From Ruminococcus sp. (GTDB taxonomy: Bacteria > Bacillota > Clostridia > Oscillospirales > Acutalibacteraceae): a stretch of DNA of 62,610 nt. Made by a program: the position numbers and the translations under genes. The notes under the pieces were generated by a model. It searched no databases. It had not been told where the DNA came from and saw only the letters and a list, made by a program, of their open reading frames with translations. Location of the stretch: positions 1 to 62,610 of the forward strand of contig JAZSLX010000050.1 in NCBI GenBank assembly GCA_045535605.1, written 5' to 3'. Of this stretch, positions 9,039 through 19,253 are shown one piece after another (the first letter of the stretch is position 1; every line of letters begins with the position of its first letter).

Positions 9039-10403
9039 ATGAACAAGAAAAGCCTGAGGTTTCCGAGAGCCCCCTTCCGTACTCCGGGGGGAGCAAAGGT
9101 GCCTCACAGAAAGCATACCGCTGACAAAGAGAGCGTGATTATGCCCTCACCCGCTGAGGTTGTTATTCCCATGAGTCAGCACATCGGTGCACCCTGTAAG
9201 GTGCAGGTAGCTGTAGGAGATACTGTATATGTTGGCACAGTTATCGGCGACTCTGATGCCTTTGTGTGTGCGCCTATACACTCAAGTGTAAGCGGTGTTG
9301 TCAAAAGCATTACAAAACTTACTATGCCCTCAGGTCAGGCTGTTGACGCAGTAGTGATTGAGTCTGACGGTATGGATACTCCCGACCCTGATATTAAGCC
9401 CCCTGTGGTGGAGAATCTGCAGGACTTTCTGAAGGCTGTAAGAGCAAGCGGTCTGGTAGGTCTTGGAGGTGCAGGCTTTCCTGCTCATGTAAAGCTCAAC
9501 GTCCCTGCAGACAAGGAGATTGACACCCTTATCATCAACTGTGCAGAGTGTGAGCCGTATATTACCGCCGATAACCGAGAGGTTATAGAGAATTCATGGG
9601 CGGTAATGTCAGGTGTTTATGCTGTTTTGGAGATACTGGGCATTGACCGTGTAATTATCGGTATAGAGAACAACAAGCCTGAGGCTATTAAAATTCTCAC
9701 AGAAATTGCAGAGAATGAGAAGCACGACCCTGAGGACAGGGTGAAGGTGCTTCCTCTTAAAGCTTCCTACCCTCAGGGTGCAGAGAAGGTTTTAATAAAA
9801 GCCTGTACAGGCAGAGAGGTGCCTGTGGGCAAACTCCCTGCAGACGCAGGCTGTATAGTAATGAACGTAACTTCTATTGCATTCCTCAGCGATTACCTGA
9901 AAACAGGCATGCCTCTTATAAAAAAGAGAATTACTGTTGACGGCAGTGCTATCAAGGAACCTCAGAATGTAATTGTTCCCATTGGTACGCCTATCAATAA
10001 GGTTATCGAATTCTGCGGCGGATATAAGGAAGAGCCCAGAAAGCTCCTTATGGGCGGACCTATGATGGGTATTGCCCTTATTGATGATACACTGCCTGTG
10101 CTTAAGCAGAACAATGCAATCCTTGCTTTTAATGAAAAAGAGGCAAGACTCGCTGAGCCTACAGACTGTATCCGTTGTGGCAGATGTGTGTCTGCCTGTC
10201 CCATGAAGCTTATGCCCACAAGACTCTGTGCAGATATAAAGCAGGGTGACTTTGAGGCAATGAAAAAGCATCAGATTATGACCTGTATGGAGTGCGGAAG
10301 CTGTGCTTTCAGCTGTCCTGCACACAGACATATAGTACAGACTATCCGACTGGGTAAATCCCAGCTCAGAGCTCAGATGGCAAAGCAGAAAGGAGATAAG
10401 TGA
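9039..10403 (+). CDS. rnfC: Rnf complex subunit C
   Basis: QHIGAP, GLGGAGFP, NCAECEPY, two CxxCxxCxxxCP. Confidence 0.95.
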   Translation: MNKKSLRFPRAPFRTPGGAKVPHRKHTADKESVIMPSPAEVVIPMSQHIGAPCKVQVAVGDTVYVGTVIGDSDAFVCAPIHSSVSGVVKSITKLTMPSGQAVDAVVIESDGMDTPDPDIKPPVVENLQDFLKAVRASGLVGLGGAGFPAHVKLNVPADKEIDTLIINCAECEPYITADNREVIENSWAVMSGVYAVLEILGIDRVIIGIENNKPEAIKILTEIAENEKHDPEDRVKVLPLKASYPQGAEKVLIKACTGREVPVGKLPADAGCIVMNVTSIAFLSDYLKTGMPLIKKRITVDGSAIKEPQNVIVPIGTPINKVIEFCGGYKEEPRKLLMGGPMMGIALIDDTLPVLKQNNAILAFNEKEARLAEPTDCIRCGRCVSACPMKLMPTRLCADIKQGDFEAMKKHQIMTCMECGSCAFSCPAHRHIVQTIRLGKSQLRAQMAKQKGDK

Positions 10404-10404
10404 T

Positions 10405-11337
10405 ATGAGTAAATTTTTTGCATCAGCATCTCCTCATCTGCGAAGCACCTCAAGTACAAGAAAGATAATGCTTGACGTGGTTATTGCCCTTGTGCCTGCC
10501 TGCGTGGCTTCTGTTGTTTACTTCGGCTGGCGTGCACTTATGCTCTTGGGTGTATGTGTGCTCACCTGTGTGTTCAGCGAGTATATATGCAGAATCGTTA
10601 TGAAGCGTGAGCAGACCATAGGTGATTTATCTGCAGTGGTTACAGGTGTACTTTTAGCACTTAACCTGCCTGCAAACCTTAATCCCTTAATGGCTGTGTT
10701 CGGCTGCGTTGCTGCAATTGTTGTGGTTAAGCAGATGTTCGGCGGAATCGGTATGAACTTTGTAAATCCTGCCTTGGCGGCAAGAATTATTTTGACAGTT
10801 TCATTCCCCACAGCAATGACAAACTGGATTCCCACCTCAATGCAGGGTGTGGACGCAGTTTCCTCTGCAACTCCTCTTGCGTCAGAATCAGGTGCATACT
10901 CCTACATGGAGCTTTTCCTTGGAAATCACGGAGGCTCTATGGGTGAGACCTGTGCTCTGGCAATCCTTTTAGGCGGTATCTACCTTATTGCAAGAAAGGT
11001 TATTGTTCCTACAATTCCTGTGGTTTACATAGGCACATCGGCTTTGATGGCACTCCTGTTGGGTCTTGATCCCCTTGAGCAGATTCTCTCAGGCGGTATT
11101 ATGCTGGGTGCTGTGTTTATGGCTACAGACTACACAACCTCTCCCGTTACAAAGTGGGGTAAGGTTGTGTATGCTATAGGTTGCGGTGTGCTGACAATGC
11201 TTATCAGAACATTTGCAAACCTGCCCGAGGGTGTTTCATTCTCAATCCTTATTATGAATATCCTCACACCGCTCATTGAGAGCGCAACTGCTCCCAGAGC
11301 TTTCGGCGAGAAGAAAGCAAAGGAGGGAACAAAATGA
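10405..11337 (+). CDS. rnfD: Rnf complex subunit D
   Basis: Polytopic; SSATPL FMN site; FMATDYTTSP. Confidence 0.95.
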   Translation: MSKFFASASPHLRSTSSTRKIMLDVVIALVPACVASVVYFGWRALMLLGVCVLTCVFSEYICRIVMKREQTIGDLSAVVTGVLLALNLPANLNPLMAVFGCVAAIVVVKQMFGGIGMNFVNPALAARIILTVSFPTAMTNWIPTSMQGVDAVSSATPLASESGAYSYMELFLGNHGGSMGETCALAILLGGIYLIARKVIVPTIPVVYIGTSALMALLLGLDPLEQILSGGIMLGAVFMATDYTTSPVTKWGKVVYAIGCGVLTMLIRTFANLPEGVSFSILIMNILTPLIESATAPRAFGEKKAKEGTK

Positions 11338-11903
11338 AAAAGATAAGCTTTAAGGATATTTTTGTTCCCACAATTTCTCTTTTCCTTATTTGTATAGTGG
11401 TGAGTGCTCTCCTTGCAGGCACCAATGAGCTGACAAAAGGCCCCATTGCTGAGATTCAGGCACAGACTGCAGCTGATGCTATGAAGAGTGTCTGTCCTGA
11501 GGCTCAGACCTTTGAGGGAAAAGAAGGGCTTGAGATTGAGGTTTACGCAGGTCTTGACTCAGCAGGAGCTTTAGTGGGCTATGCAATCCCCTCTGCGTAC
11601 AAAGGCTACGGCGGAGACGTTGAGATTATGGTTGGTATAGACCTTGAGGGTCAGGTTACGGGTGTAGAGATTCTCTCTCACGAGGAAACTCCGGGCCTTG
11701 GTGCTAACTGTACCAAAAAAGAATTCACGGATATGTATAAGCAGTCTGCTGAGAACGGCTTTACTGTTGTAAAGGACTCAACAGGCGGTGAGGGAGGCAG
11801 AATTGATGCCCTCACAGGTGCAACCATTACATCAAACGCAGTAACTCAGGCTGTTAATAGTGCACTTAATGTATATAACTCTCTGGAAGGAGGCGGGAAC
11901 TGA
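11334..11903 (+). CDS. rnfG: Rnf complex subunit G
   Basis: ETPGLG; TGATITS FMN site. Confidence 0.93.
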   Translation: MKKISFKDIFVPTISLFLICIVVSALLAGTNELTKGPIAEIQAQTAADAMKSVCPEAQTFEGKEGLEIEVYAGLDSAGALVGYAIPSAYKGYGGDVEIMVGIDLEGQVTGVEILSHEETPGLGANCTKKEFTDMYKQSAENGFTVVKDSTGGEGGRIDALTGATITSNAVTQAVNSALNVYNSLEGGGN

Positions 11904-12637
11904 TGGCAGAAAAGAAAAAGTATAATTACCTAAAGGAAGTCACCAAGGGTATAATTAAGGAAAATCCCGTTCTCTGCCTCATTCTCGGTACCTGCCCCAC
12001 ACTGGCGGTTACAACTGCGGCTTCCAACGCAATCGGTATGGGTATTGCGGCTACAATTGTTCTTATTTGCTCCAATGCGGTTATCTCCGCAATGAGAAAG
12101 ATTATTCCCGATAAGGTCAGAATCCCTGCGTACATAACTATTATTGCTACCTTTGTTACACTGGTGCAGATGATAGTAAAAGCGTATGCACCCTCTATTG
12201 ACGAGAGTCTGGGTATCTTCCTGCCCCTTATTGTTGTAAACTGTATCATCCTCGGCAGAGCTGAGATGTACGCAAGCAAAAATCCCGTTCTGCCCTCTAT
12301 CCTTGATGGCATAGGAATGGGTATCGGCTTTACGGCGGCTTTGCTCCTGATGGGCTCTGTCAGAGAGATTTTAGGTAACGGCACATGGTTCGGTATGGAC
12401 CTGCCCGGTGAGCTTCAGATTCTTATTTTCCTGCTTCCTCCCGGCGGTTTCTTTGTATTCGGTATGCTTATTGCACTGGCTGCAAAGGTTAGCGGAAAGA
12501 AACCTCCCAAGGCTACAGGCTGTGCTGGCTGTCCCTTGGCCGGTAAGTGCTCTATGCATAAGTCTGAGGGAGAGGAAAGCACTTGTCCTTCCTCTGCTGA
12601 AGCAGTAAAGCTTGAGAAAGGAGGCAGTGACCTATGA
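11903..12637 (+). CDS. rnfE: Rnf complex subunit E
   Basis: LGTCPTLAV, LIVVNCIILGRAE. Confidence 0.95.
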   Translation: MAEKKKYNYLKEVTKGIIKENPVLCLILGTCPTLAVTTAASNAIGMGIAATIVLICSNAVISAMRKIIPDKVRIPAYITIIATFVTLVQMIVKAYAPSIDESLGIFLPLIVVNCIILGRAEMYASKNPVLPSILDGIGMGIGFTAALLLMGSVREILGNGTWFGMDLPGELQILIFLLPPGGFFVFGMLIALAAKVSGKKPPKATGCAGCPLAGKCSMHKSEGEESTCPSSAEAVKLEKGGSDL

Positions 12638-13236
12638 TTAAGACATTGGTTGCGGTATTCCTTGCCGCTATCCTCACAGAGAACTATGTTCTCAGCAAGT
12701 TCTTAGGTATTTGTCCCTTCCTCGGTGTTTCCAAAAAAGTAAACACAGCCTTAGGTATGAGTGCGGCAGTTACCTTTGTTATGGTCCTTGCTACTGCGGT
12801 TACTTATCCTATCTATATGTATCTCCTTGTACCCGCTTCAATGGAATATCTGGAGACTATCGTTTTTATCCTTGTTATTGCAGGTCTTGTACAGCTTGTA
12901 GAGATTGTGCTGAAAAAGTACATCCCTGCACTTTATAATTCACTGGGTATTTATCTGCCTCTTATTACCACAAACTGTGCTGTACTGGGCGTTACAATGC
13001 TGGTAATTGAAAAGAGCGGGGCAGAGTTTGGTTATATCCACGCTCTGGTAAACTCTTTAGGTGCAGGTATCGGCTTCCTTGTGGCTATGGTAATGTTTGC
13101 AGGTGTGCGTCAGCGGCTTGAAACCTGCGATATTCCCAAATCCTTAAAAGGTCTGCCCATTACTCTTGTGGCGGCATCCCTTGTTTCTCTGAGCTTCTTG
13201 GGCTTCTCAGGACTTGTGGATAATATGCTGGCTTAA
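12634..13236 (+). CDS. rnfA: Rnf complex subunit A
   Basis: FLGICPFLGVS, LPLITTNCAVLG. Confidence 0.95.
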   Translation: MIKTLVAVFLAAILTENYVLSKFLGICPFLGVSKKVNTALGMSAAVTFVMVLATAVTYPIYMYLLVPASMEYLETIVFILVIAGLVQLVEIVLKKYIPALYNSLGIYLPLITTNCAVLGVTMLVIEKSGAEFGYIHALVNSLGAGIGFLVAMVMFAGVRQRLETCDIPKSLKGLPITLVAASLVSLSFLGFSGLVDNMLA

Positions 13237-13248
13237 GGAGGTGCGGTT

Positions 13249-14049
13249 ATGGATTTAACTATGATTCTTATTGCCGTAGCAATTGTTGCAGGCGTAGGAC
13301 TTATAATCGGACTTATCCTTGCTATTGCTTCTGCCATTATGGCGGTACCCACAGACGAAAAGGTAGAGGCTATTACTTCTGCACTGCCCGGTGCTAACTG
13401 CGGTGCCTGCGGCTATTCAGGCTGTAGTGGCTATGCAAAGGCACTGGCACAGGGTGAGGCAAAGCTCGGCGCTTGCTCCCCCGGCGGTGAGGAATGTGTA
13501 AATGCTATTGCAGAAATCCTTGGCGTTGAAGCTACGGGTGTTGACAGAAAGGTTGCCCTTGTGCACTGCATGGGAAGCTGTGATAACACTGATACAAAGA
13601 TGGAGTATCAGGGTATTAAGTCCTGTGCGGCGGCTGTGTCACTTCACGGAGGTACAGGGGCTTGTGCCTACGGCTGTATCGGTCTTGGGGACTGTGTATC
13701 TGCTTGTCCCTACGGTGCTGTTTCTGTTTGCAACGGTGTTGCAAGAATTGACGCTGATTTGTGCAAAGGTTGTTCCATGTGTGTTAATGCTTGCCCCAAG
13801 GGCATTATCTCCTTTGTTTCCTACAAGCCACAGACCGTTGTCCGTTGTGCTAATTCCGACAAGGGTGCTCAGGCACGCAAGGTCTGCAAATCTGCTTGTA
13901 TCGGCTGTAAAAAATGTGAGAAGGTCTGTGAAGCACAGGCGGTTACTGTTGTGAATTTCAAAGCAGTAGTTGACCCCGAAAAATGCACCGGCTGTAACGC
14001 GTGTATTGAGTCTTGTCCTCAGGGCTGTATCACCGAATTCAGGGTGTGA
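13249..14049 (+). CDS. rnfB: Rnf complex subunit B
   Basis: LPGANCGACGYSGC plus several ferredoxin Cys motifs. Confidence 0.95.
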   Translation: MDLTMILIAVAIVAGVGLIIGLILAIASAIMAVPTDEKVEAITSALPGANCGACGYSGCSGYAKALAQGEAKLGACSPGGEECVNAIAEILGVEATGVDRKVALVHCMGSCDNTDTKMEYQGIKSCAAAVSLHGGTGACAYGCIGLGDCVSACPYGAVSVCNGVARIDADLCKGCSMCVNACPKGIISFVSYKPQTVVRCANSDKGAQARKVCKSACIGCKKCEKVCEAQAVTVVNFKAVVDPEKCTGCNACIESCPQGCITEFRV

Positions 14050-14232
14050 TGCAGATTTATTGACTATATAATGTGTCAAATTTATGAAGTTATGTGATGT
14101 TGCGCTGATTTTTGCATTTTTGTGTAGCAAATCACAAGGACTTTGTTATATAATTTAAATTGCGTTGTTGTTTCCTGAAAATGGTAAGCGACAGCGCAAT
14201 TACTCATAAGGAGTATAAGGAGTGAACAACAA

Positions 14233-15201
14233 ATGGTAGAGGTTAAAAACCTGAGAAAAAATTACGGCGATGTGGCCGCCGTAAAGGATATCAGCTTTAC
14301 CGCCGAAAAGGGAGAGATACTTGGTTTTCTCGGCCCTAACGGTGCAGGCAAAACTACCACAATGAACATTATTACAGGCTATCTTTCTGCTACAAGCGGA
14401 ACAGTAACCATTGATGGTTTTGACATTCTGGACAATCCCATGGAGGCTCGTGCCAGAATCGGATATCTGCCTGAGCTTCCTCCCTTGTATCTTGATATGA
14501 CGGTTGAGAAGTACCTGCAGTTTATCTATGAGCTTAAGAAGGTGAAGCTTCCTAAGTCTGAGCATCTTAAAGAGGTAATGGAGCTTGTAAAGATTTACGA
14601 TATCAAGGACAGAGTTATCCGCAATCTTTCCAAGGGTTACAAACAGCGTGTGGGTTTTGCACAGGCACTGGTGGGAAATCCCCCTGTGCTTATTCTGGAC
14701 GAGCCTACAGTAGGTCTTGACCCCAGACAGATTATTGAGATGCGTTCCATCATCAAGAGTCTTGGCAAGAAGCACACTGTTATCTTCTCCTCCCACGTGC
14801 TTTCTGAGGTTTCTGCTATCTGTGACAGAATCGTGGTTATCTCCAACGGCGTGATTACCGCAGACGCAAAGACCGAGGAGATTGCAAATATCACAGAAGA
14901 GACAAAGAAGCTGTCCCTGACAGTTGATGGTACTTCTTCTACTGTTCTTTCCCTGCTTGGTGATGTGGACGGTGTGGTAAAGGTAAGACGAATTGCTCAG
15001 GAGAGCGACAGTGTATATCAGTATGCTGTTGATTATAAAAAGACAGTGGATGTCCGCCGAGCAGTGTTCCGAACACTTGCAAAGGCAGATTGTCCTATAC
15101 TTGAGATGAAGGACGCAGGTATGTCTCTTGAGGAAAGCTTCCTGCACCTTACAGGTTCCACAAAGGTTGAACGTACAAAGAAGAAAGGAGACAAGAACTG
15201 A
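14233..15201 (+). CDS. ABC transporter ATP-binding protein
   Basis: GPNGAGKTT, LSKGYKQR, ILDEPT. Confidence 0.93.
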   Translation: MVEVKNLRKNYGDVAAVKDISFTAEKGEILGFLGPNGAGKTTTMNIITGYLSATSGTVTIDGFDILDNPMEARARIGYLPELPPLYLDMTVEKYLQFIYELKKVKLPKSEHLKEVMELVKIYDIKDRVIRNLSKGYKQRVGFAQALVGNPPVLILDEPTVGLDPRQIIEMRSIIKSLGKKHTVIFSSHVLSEVSAICDRIVVISNGVITADAKTEEIANITEETKKLSLTVDGTSSTVLSLLGDVDGVVKVRRIAQESDSVYQYAVDYKKTVDVRRAVFRTLAKADCPILEMKDAGMSLEESFLHLTGSTKVERTKKKGDKN

Positions 15202-15938
15202 TGGGCGCTATATTCAAAAGAGACTTTTTCTCTTATTTCACATCTACTCTGGGTTACATAGTAATTGCTCTGTATCTGCTTTTGTCAGGCTTTTTCTTCT
15301 GGATGATATGCTATTTCAGCCAGTATAACAGCCTTGTGGATGTTATAAACAATATGCTCTATGTTGTTTTCTTCCTGATTCCCCTTATCACCATGAAATC
15401 CTTTGCAGAAGAAAAACGTCAGCGTACAGACCAGGCGTTGCTCACTGCTCCCGTAAAGCTCTGGGAGATTGTTCTGGGCAAGTACCTGAGCGCTCTGGCT
15501 CTTTACACAATCTGCAATCTTGTATACTTCTTCTATGCACTTGTAATGCTTATCACTATCCCCGAAATCACTATAGCATGGGGAACACTTTTCTCAGGTT
15601 GGCTGGGAATTATGCTTTTGGGTGCAGCACTGCTGTCAATAAACCTGTTCTACTCATCTCTTACAGAGTATCAGATTATTGCTGCAGTAATAGGTATGGG
15701 TACAGGTCTTGTGCTTATGCTTTATGATTCAATCATTAACGCAATTCTCAGCTTTATCAACACTCTTTTCTCAACAACCTACGAGTTTGTGGTTCTTGAT
15801 AAGCTGTCACTTACAGCTCACTATATGAACCTTGTAAAGGGTGTTATCAACCCTGCAGACGTAGTGTTCTATCTGAGCTGGGTTGCACTGTTTATGTTCC
15901 TGACCGTTAGAGTTCTGGACAAAAAACGCTGGGCATAA
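15201..15938 (+). CDS. ABC-2 type permease (GldF-like)
   Basis: Polytopic; EEKRQRTDQALLTAP motif; coupled to ATPase. Confidence 0.88.
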   Translation: MGAIFKRDFFSYFTSTLGYIVIALYLLLSGFFFWMICYFSQYNSLVDVINNMLYVVFFLIPLITMKSFAEEKRQRTDQALLTAPVKLWEIVLGKYLSALALYTICNLVYFFYALVMLITIPEITIAWGTLFSGWLGIMLLGAALLSINLFYSSLTEYQIIAAVIGMGTGLVLMLYDSIINAILSFINTLFSTTYEFVVLDKLSLTAHYMNLVKGVINPADVVFYLSWVALFMFLTVRVLDKKRWA

Positions 15939-15950
15939 GGAGGTATAAAA

Positions 15951-17504
15951 ATGAATAACGAAAACATTAAAAAGGCAGAGTCCGTAACGGAATCTGCAAA
16001 GACCTCCTACAAGAGAATGACTACAAAACAGCGCAAGCTTTTCTATTCAATCTTTATTGTTATCTTCCTGCTTATCTTTGCAGGTGTCAATGTGCTTGCA
16101 ACCTTCCTTGTAAACAGATTTCCTGCACTTGAGATTGACTTCACATCAGGCGGTGCATATTCCCTGCAGAAAACCACAGAGGAATACCTTGACTATATGG
16201 AAGCTCAGGTGAACATCAAGGTGCTTATGGAGGAGGAAGGACTCCTGTCCATAGACTCAACCTACGGCTATCAGGTTAATCAGCTTCTTCGTGAGATGTC
16301 CCGCTATGACAATGTAAGCCTTGAATATGCTAACATAGAGGCAACCTCTATGAAGGCTATGTCTGAGAAGTATCCCGATGTGGACTGGACTTCTTCAGAA
16401 AATATAATTATCGTTGAGGACACAAAGACAGGCAAGTACGAATGTCTGGGTATTTATGATGTGTTCGCTCCCTCTTATGACCAGAGCTACAATGTTATAA
16501 TCACAGGTCAGTACATTGAGCAGTGCGTGCTTTCGTCAATTCAGAAGATTACTGCTGAAAAGGTTATGAAGATTGCACTTTCCACAGGTAACGGCGAGTT
16601 CTTCAACTCAAATTCCGATTTGAAGGACTACTGCTCCTATCTGCCTGTTTTCCTTGAGGATAATGCCTACGAGATTGATGAGGTAAACCTGCTTTCTCAG
16701 AAACCTACTGATGATACAGACATCATCATTATGATGGCACCCTCTGCAGACCTTACAAAAGAGGCTGTTGACAATCTTTCCGCTTGGCTTTCAAATGACG
16801 GAAGCCTCGGCAAAACTTTAGTTTATGTTCCCTTTGACCACGCGGCTGATACTCCCAATCTTGACCTGTTCTTAGAGCAGTGGGGACTCAAGGTAGGCGA
16901 GGGCTACATCAGCGAAAACGACCTTACCAAGGGTCTTGCTATGATGGGTGAAGAGAGCAAGGTCTGCTCTATGATGGACTATTATGATGAGACTTACACA
17001 GAGGGTCTCACCGATAAATCCCTCTCTGTTCTTATGCCCTACTGTATGCCTGTAGAAATTCTTGACGAAGAAATGGCTACACCTCTGCTTCAGTCCTCTG
17101 ACACAGCAGATATTCTCATTCCTGCTGAGGATGCCGATTCAGAGCATGAGTATATAAAGAGTGACGGCACACCAATTACTGCTGCCGCAATCTCAACCAA
17201 GACAAACGATAGTGAGGAATCCTCTCAGGTTATCGTATGGGGTTCCTATGACGGTCTGAGCAACAGGTGGCTCTACTCATCATACAGTGCAAACATCAAC
17301 AATACAGCATACTTCTTAAACCTGATGAACACTCTCACAGATAACGACGCAATGATTTTTGTAGAGAGCGTACAGGTTGGCGGAGATTCAATTATAGTAA
17401 CTGCCGCACAGCAGATTACAGTATTTATTATCTTTGTTATCCTCGTTCCCATTGCTCTTGTGGTAATCGGAATTATCGTATGGAATAAAAGGAGACACCG
17501 CTGA
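15951..17504 (+). CDS. GldG-like ABC auxiliary component
   Basis: N- and C-terminal TM, 'IDFTSGGAYSL', large extracellular domain; operon context. Confidence 0.75.
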   Translation: MNNENIKKAESVTESAKTSYKRMTTKQRKLFYSIFIVIFLLIFAGVNVLATFLVNRFPALEIDFTSGGAYSLQKTTEEYLDYMEAQVNIKVLMEEEGLLSIDSTYGYQVNQLLREMSRYDNVSLEYANIEATSMKAMSEKYPDVDWTSSENIIIVEDTKTGKYECLGIYDVFAPSYDQSYNVIITGQYIEQCVLSSIQKITAEKVMKIALSTGNGEFFNSNSDLKDYCSYLPVFLEDNAYEIDEVNLLSQKPTDDTDIIIMMAPSADLTKEAVDNLSAWLSNDGSLGKTLVYVPFDHAADTPNLDLFLEQWGLKVGEGYISENDLTKGLAMMGEESKVCSMMDYYDETYTEGLTDKSLSVLMPYCMPVEILDEEMATPLLQSSDTADILIPAEDADSEHEYIKSDGTPITAAAISTKTNDSEESSQVIVWGSYDGLSNRWLYSSYSANINNTAYFLNLMNTLTDNDAMIFVESVQVGGDSIIVTAAQQITVFIIFVILVPIALVVIGIIVWNKRRHR

Positions 17505-19108
17505 TGAATAAGAATATGAAAAGAAATATTATTATTGCAGGCGTGGCTCTTGTGCTCATTGTGGCTCTTATCCTTGTGGTTGTTTTAGTGCCTTGGGGCG
17601 AGAGCTCAAACGGTGTGGGAGAAATCGACCCCGGTACAGATATGATACTCTCTACCAATGAGGACGGTATGCACACAGCGCAGGTTAAGACCAACGCAAA
17701 AGGCGAGGTTGAGAACAACTCCTACGGCACACTCCTGAGCTACAAGCCTGCACAGATTGAAAAAATCGAGATGAGCACCAAGGAGGGCAACTACACCTTC
17801 CTGCTTTCAACTCCTGTAAACGCTGACGGTACTACCGAGGCTACTGTTTACACATTGGAGGGCTTTGAGGATTACGATTTAGCGGCTACAAACCCCTCCC
17901 TCCTTGCAAGCGCTGTTTGTTTTGTAGAGTTCACACAGGTTGCAGACCTGACAGGTGAAAATGCGGCAGAATACGGCTTTGATGCACCTGTATCTGAGGC
18001 AAAGGTTTACTACAACGACGGCACATATTCTGTACTGCGTATGGGCGATAATGCCCCCGGCGGTACTTCCTGCTACATTCAGTTCGGCGACAGCGAGACT
18101 GTTTATGTTGCAAACCTCTCAGAGCTTGAGCCTATGCTTCTTAGCGTTACAGATTTGTTCAGCACTGCTGTTAATACCGATGCGGCAAATGCATCTGATG
18201 ACAGCTTTGACAAAATAACTCTTGGCGGTACACACCTGAGCGAAGATGTTGTTATGGTTACAAGCACCGACGGCTCTCTTGAGTGTTTCTACCTTATGGA
18301 GTCCCACGGAAATGCTCCTGTGAGGACTACAGAGGGAAGCAGCATTGTCGGCTCTATCCGTAACCTTTCTGCTTCTGAGGTTGTGTGTGTAAATCCCGAT
18401 GCACAGAACCTCAAGGACTATGGTCTGAGCACCCCTTATGCAACAGCAAAGACCACATACACATTTACTGACACTCAGTATGATGATGCCGGCAACGAGA
18501 CAAGCAAAAAAGAAGTTAAGGTTCCTATTTCTCTCTTAGCCTCCAAAGAGGACTCAGAGGGCAACGTGTTCCTTATGGAGGAAGGCGGCAAGCTTATCTA
18601 TAAAATTGCCGCAACAAGTGTTCCCTGGGCAACTACCTCTATGGAGAAGCTCCAGAGTGAGTATGTGCTTTATCCCTCCTACACAGCTCTGGAGTCTGTT
18701 GTGCTGAAGGCCGAGGGTAAAACATATACCTTCAAGTTAAGCACAAAGGAAGTTCCTGTCACAGACGAGAACGGCAACGAGACCGTCACCTCCGAGAATG
18801 TAGTTACTCTTGATTCAAAGAACATTGACCCTGACCAGTTCTATATTATGTATCAGGATCTGGCACTTATGGAGACAGGGGGCAGTGACAGCACCACCAA
18901 AGCCGGTGACAAGGTGCTGACAGTAACCTATAACTACCTAACAGACAGAGAGTCTGACACAGTAGTGTTCTGCGAGACAGATACACAGAAGGTTATTCCT
19001 CTTGTAAACGGTGAGAGAACAGGCTATGTATACAGTGCAGATATCTCTGCAATTGTAAAGAACATTCCTCTCCTTGCAAGCGGTCAGGAGATTGCCTCTA
19101 TCAGATAA
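17504..19108 (+). CDS. DUF4340-like membrane-anchored extracellular protein
   Basis: N-terminal TM; repeated 'EYGFDAP/DYGLSTP' motif; usual fourth gene of this operon type. Confidence 0.7.
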   Translation: MNKNMKRNIIIAGVALVLIVALILVVVLVPWGESSNGVGEIDPGTDMILSTNEDGMHTAQVKTNAKGEVENNSYGTLLSYKPAQIEKIEMSTKEGNYTFLLSTPVNADGTTEATVYTLEGFEDYDLAATNPSLLASAVCFVEFTQVADLTGENAAEYGFDAPVSEAKVYYNDGTYSVLRMGDNAPGGTSCYIQFGDSETVYVANLSELEPMLLSVTDLFSTAVNTDAANASDDSFDKITLGGTHLSEDVVMVTSTDGSLECFYLMESHGNAPVRTTEGSSIVGSIRNLSASEVVCVNPDAQNLKDYGLSTPYATAKTTYTFTDTQYDDAGNETSKKEVKVPISLLASKEDSEGNVFLMEEGGKLIYKIAATSVPWATTSMEKLQSEYVLYPSYTALESVVLKAEGKTYTFKLSTKEVPVTDENGNETVTSENVVTLDSKNIDPDQFYIMYQDLALMETGGSDSTTKAGDKVLTVTYNYLTDRESDTVVFCETDTQKVIPLVNGERTGYVYSADISAIVKNIPLLASGQEIASIR

Positions 19109-19141
19109 ATACAGGCATAAAAATAGAAAAACACAAAATAT

Positions 19142-19174
19142 CCGACTGTTCTTTTTTGGAGCAGTCGGTTTTTT
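19142..19174 (+). terminator. Terminator of ABC operon
   Basis: CCGACTGTTC...GAGCAGTCGG plus T-tract. Confidence 0.75.
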
Positions 19175-19186
19175 GCGGTATATCCG

Positions 19187-19215
19187 TTGACAAAATGCAC
19201 TCTAAATGCGATAAT
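19187..19215 (+). promoter_or_regulatory. Sigma-A promoter of valS
   Basis: TTGACA-17-GATAAT with TG extension. Confidence 0.75.
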
Positions 19216-19253
19216 AACAATGTATATTCCCTTTGCGACAGGAGGAATTGTTT

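Noticed and set aside
14159-14200. Hairpin in ABC operon leader as a riboswitch
   Set aside because: Single stem with no recognisable aptamer consensus
14200-15147. 315-aa minus-strand ORF and similar long antisense ORFs (e.g. 36547-37257, 55610-56269)
   Set aside because: Shadows of well-supported genes on the opposite strand; no motifs or RBS
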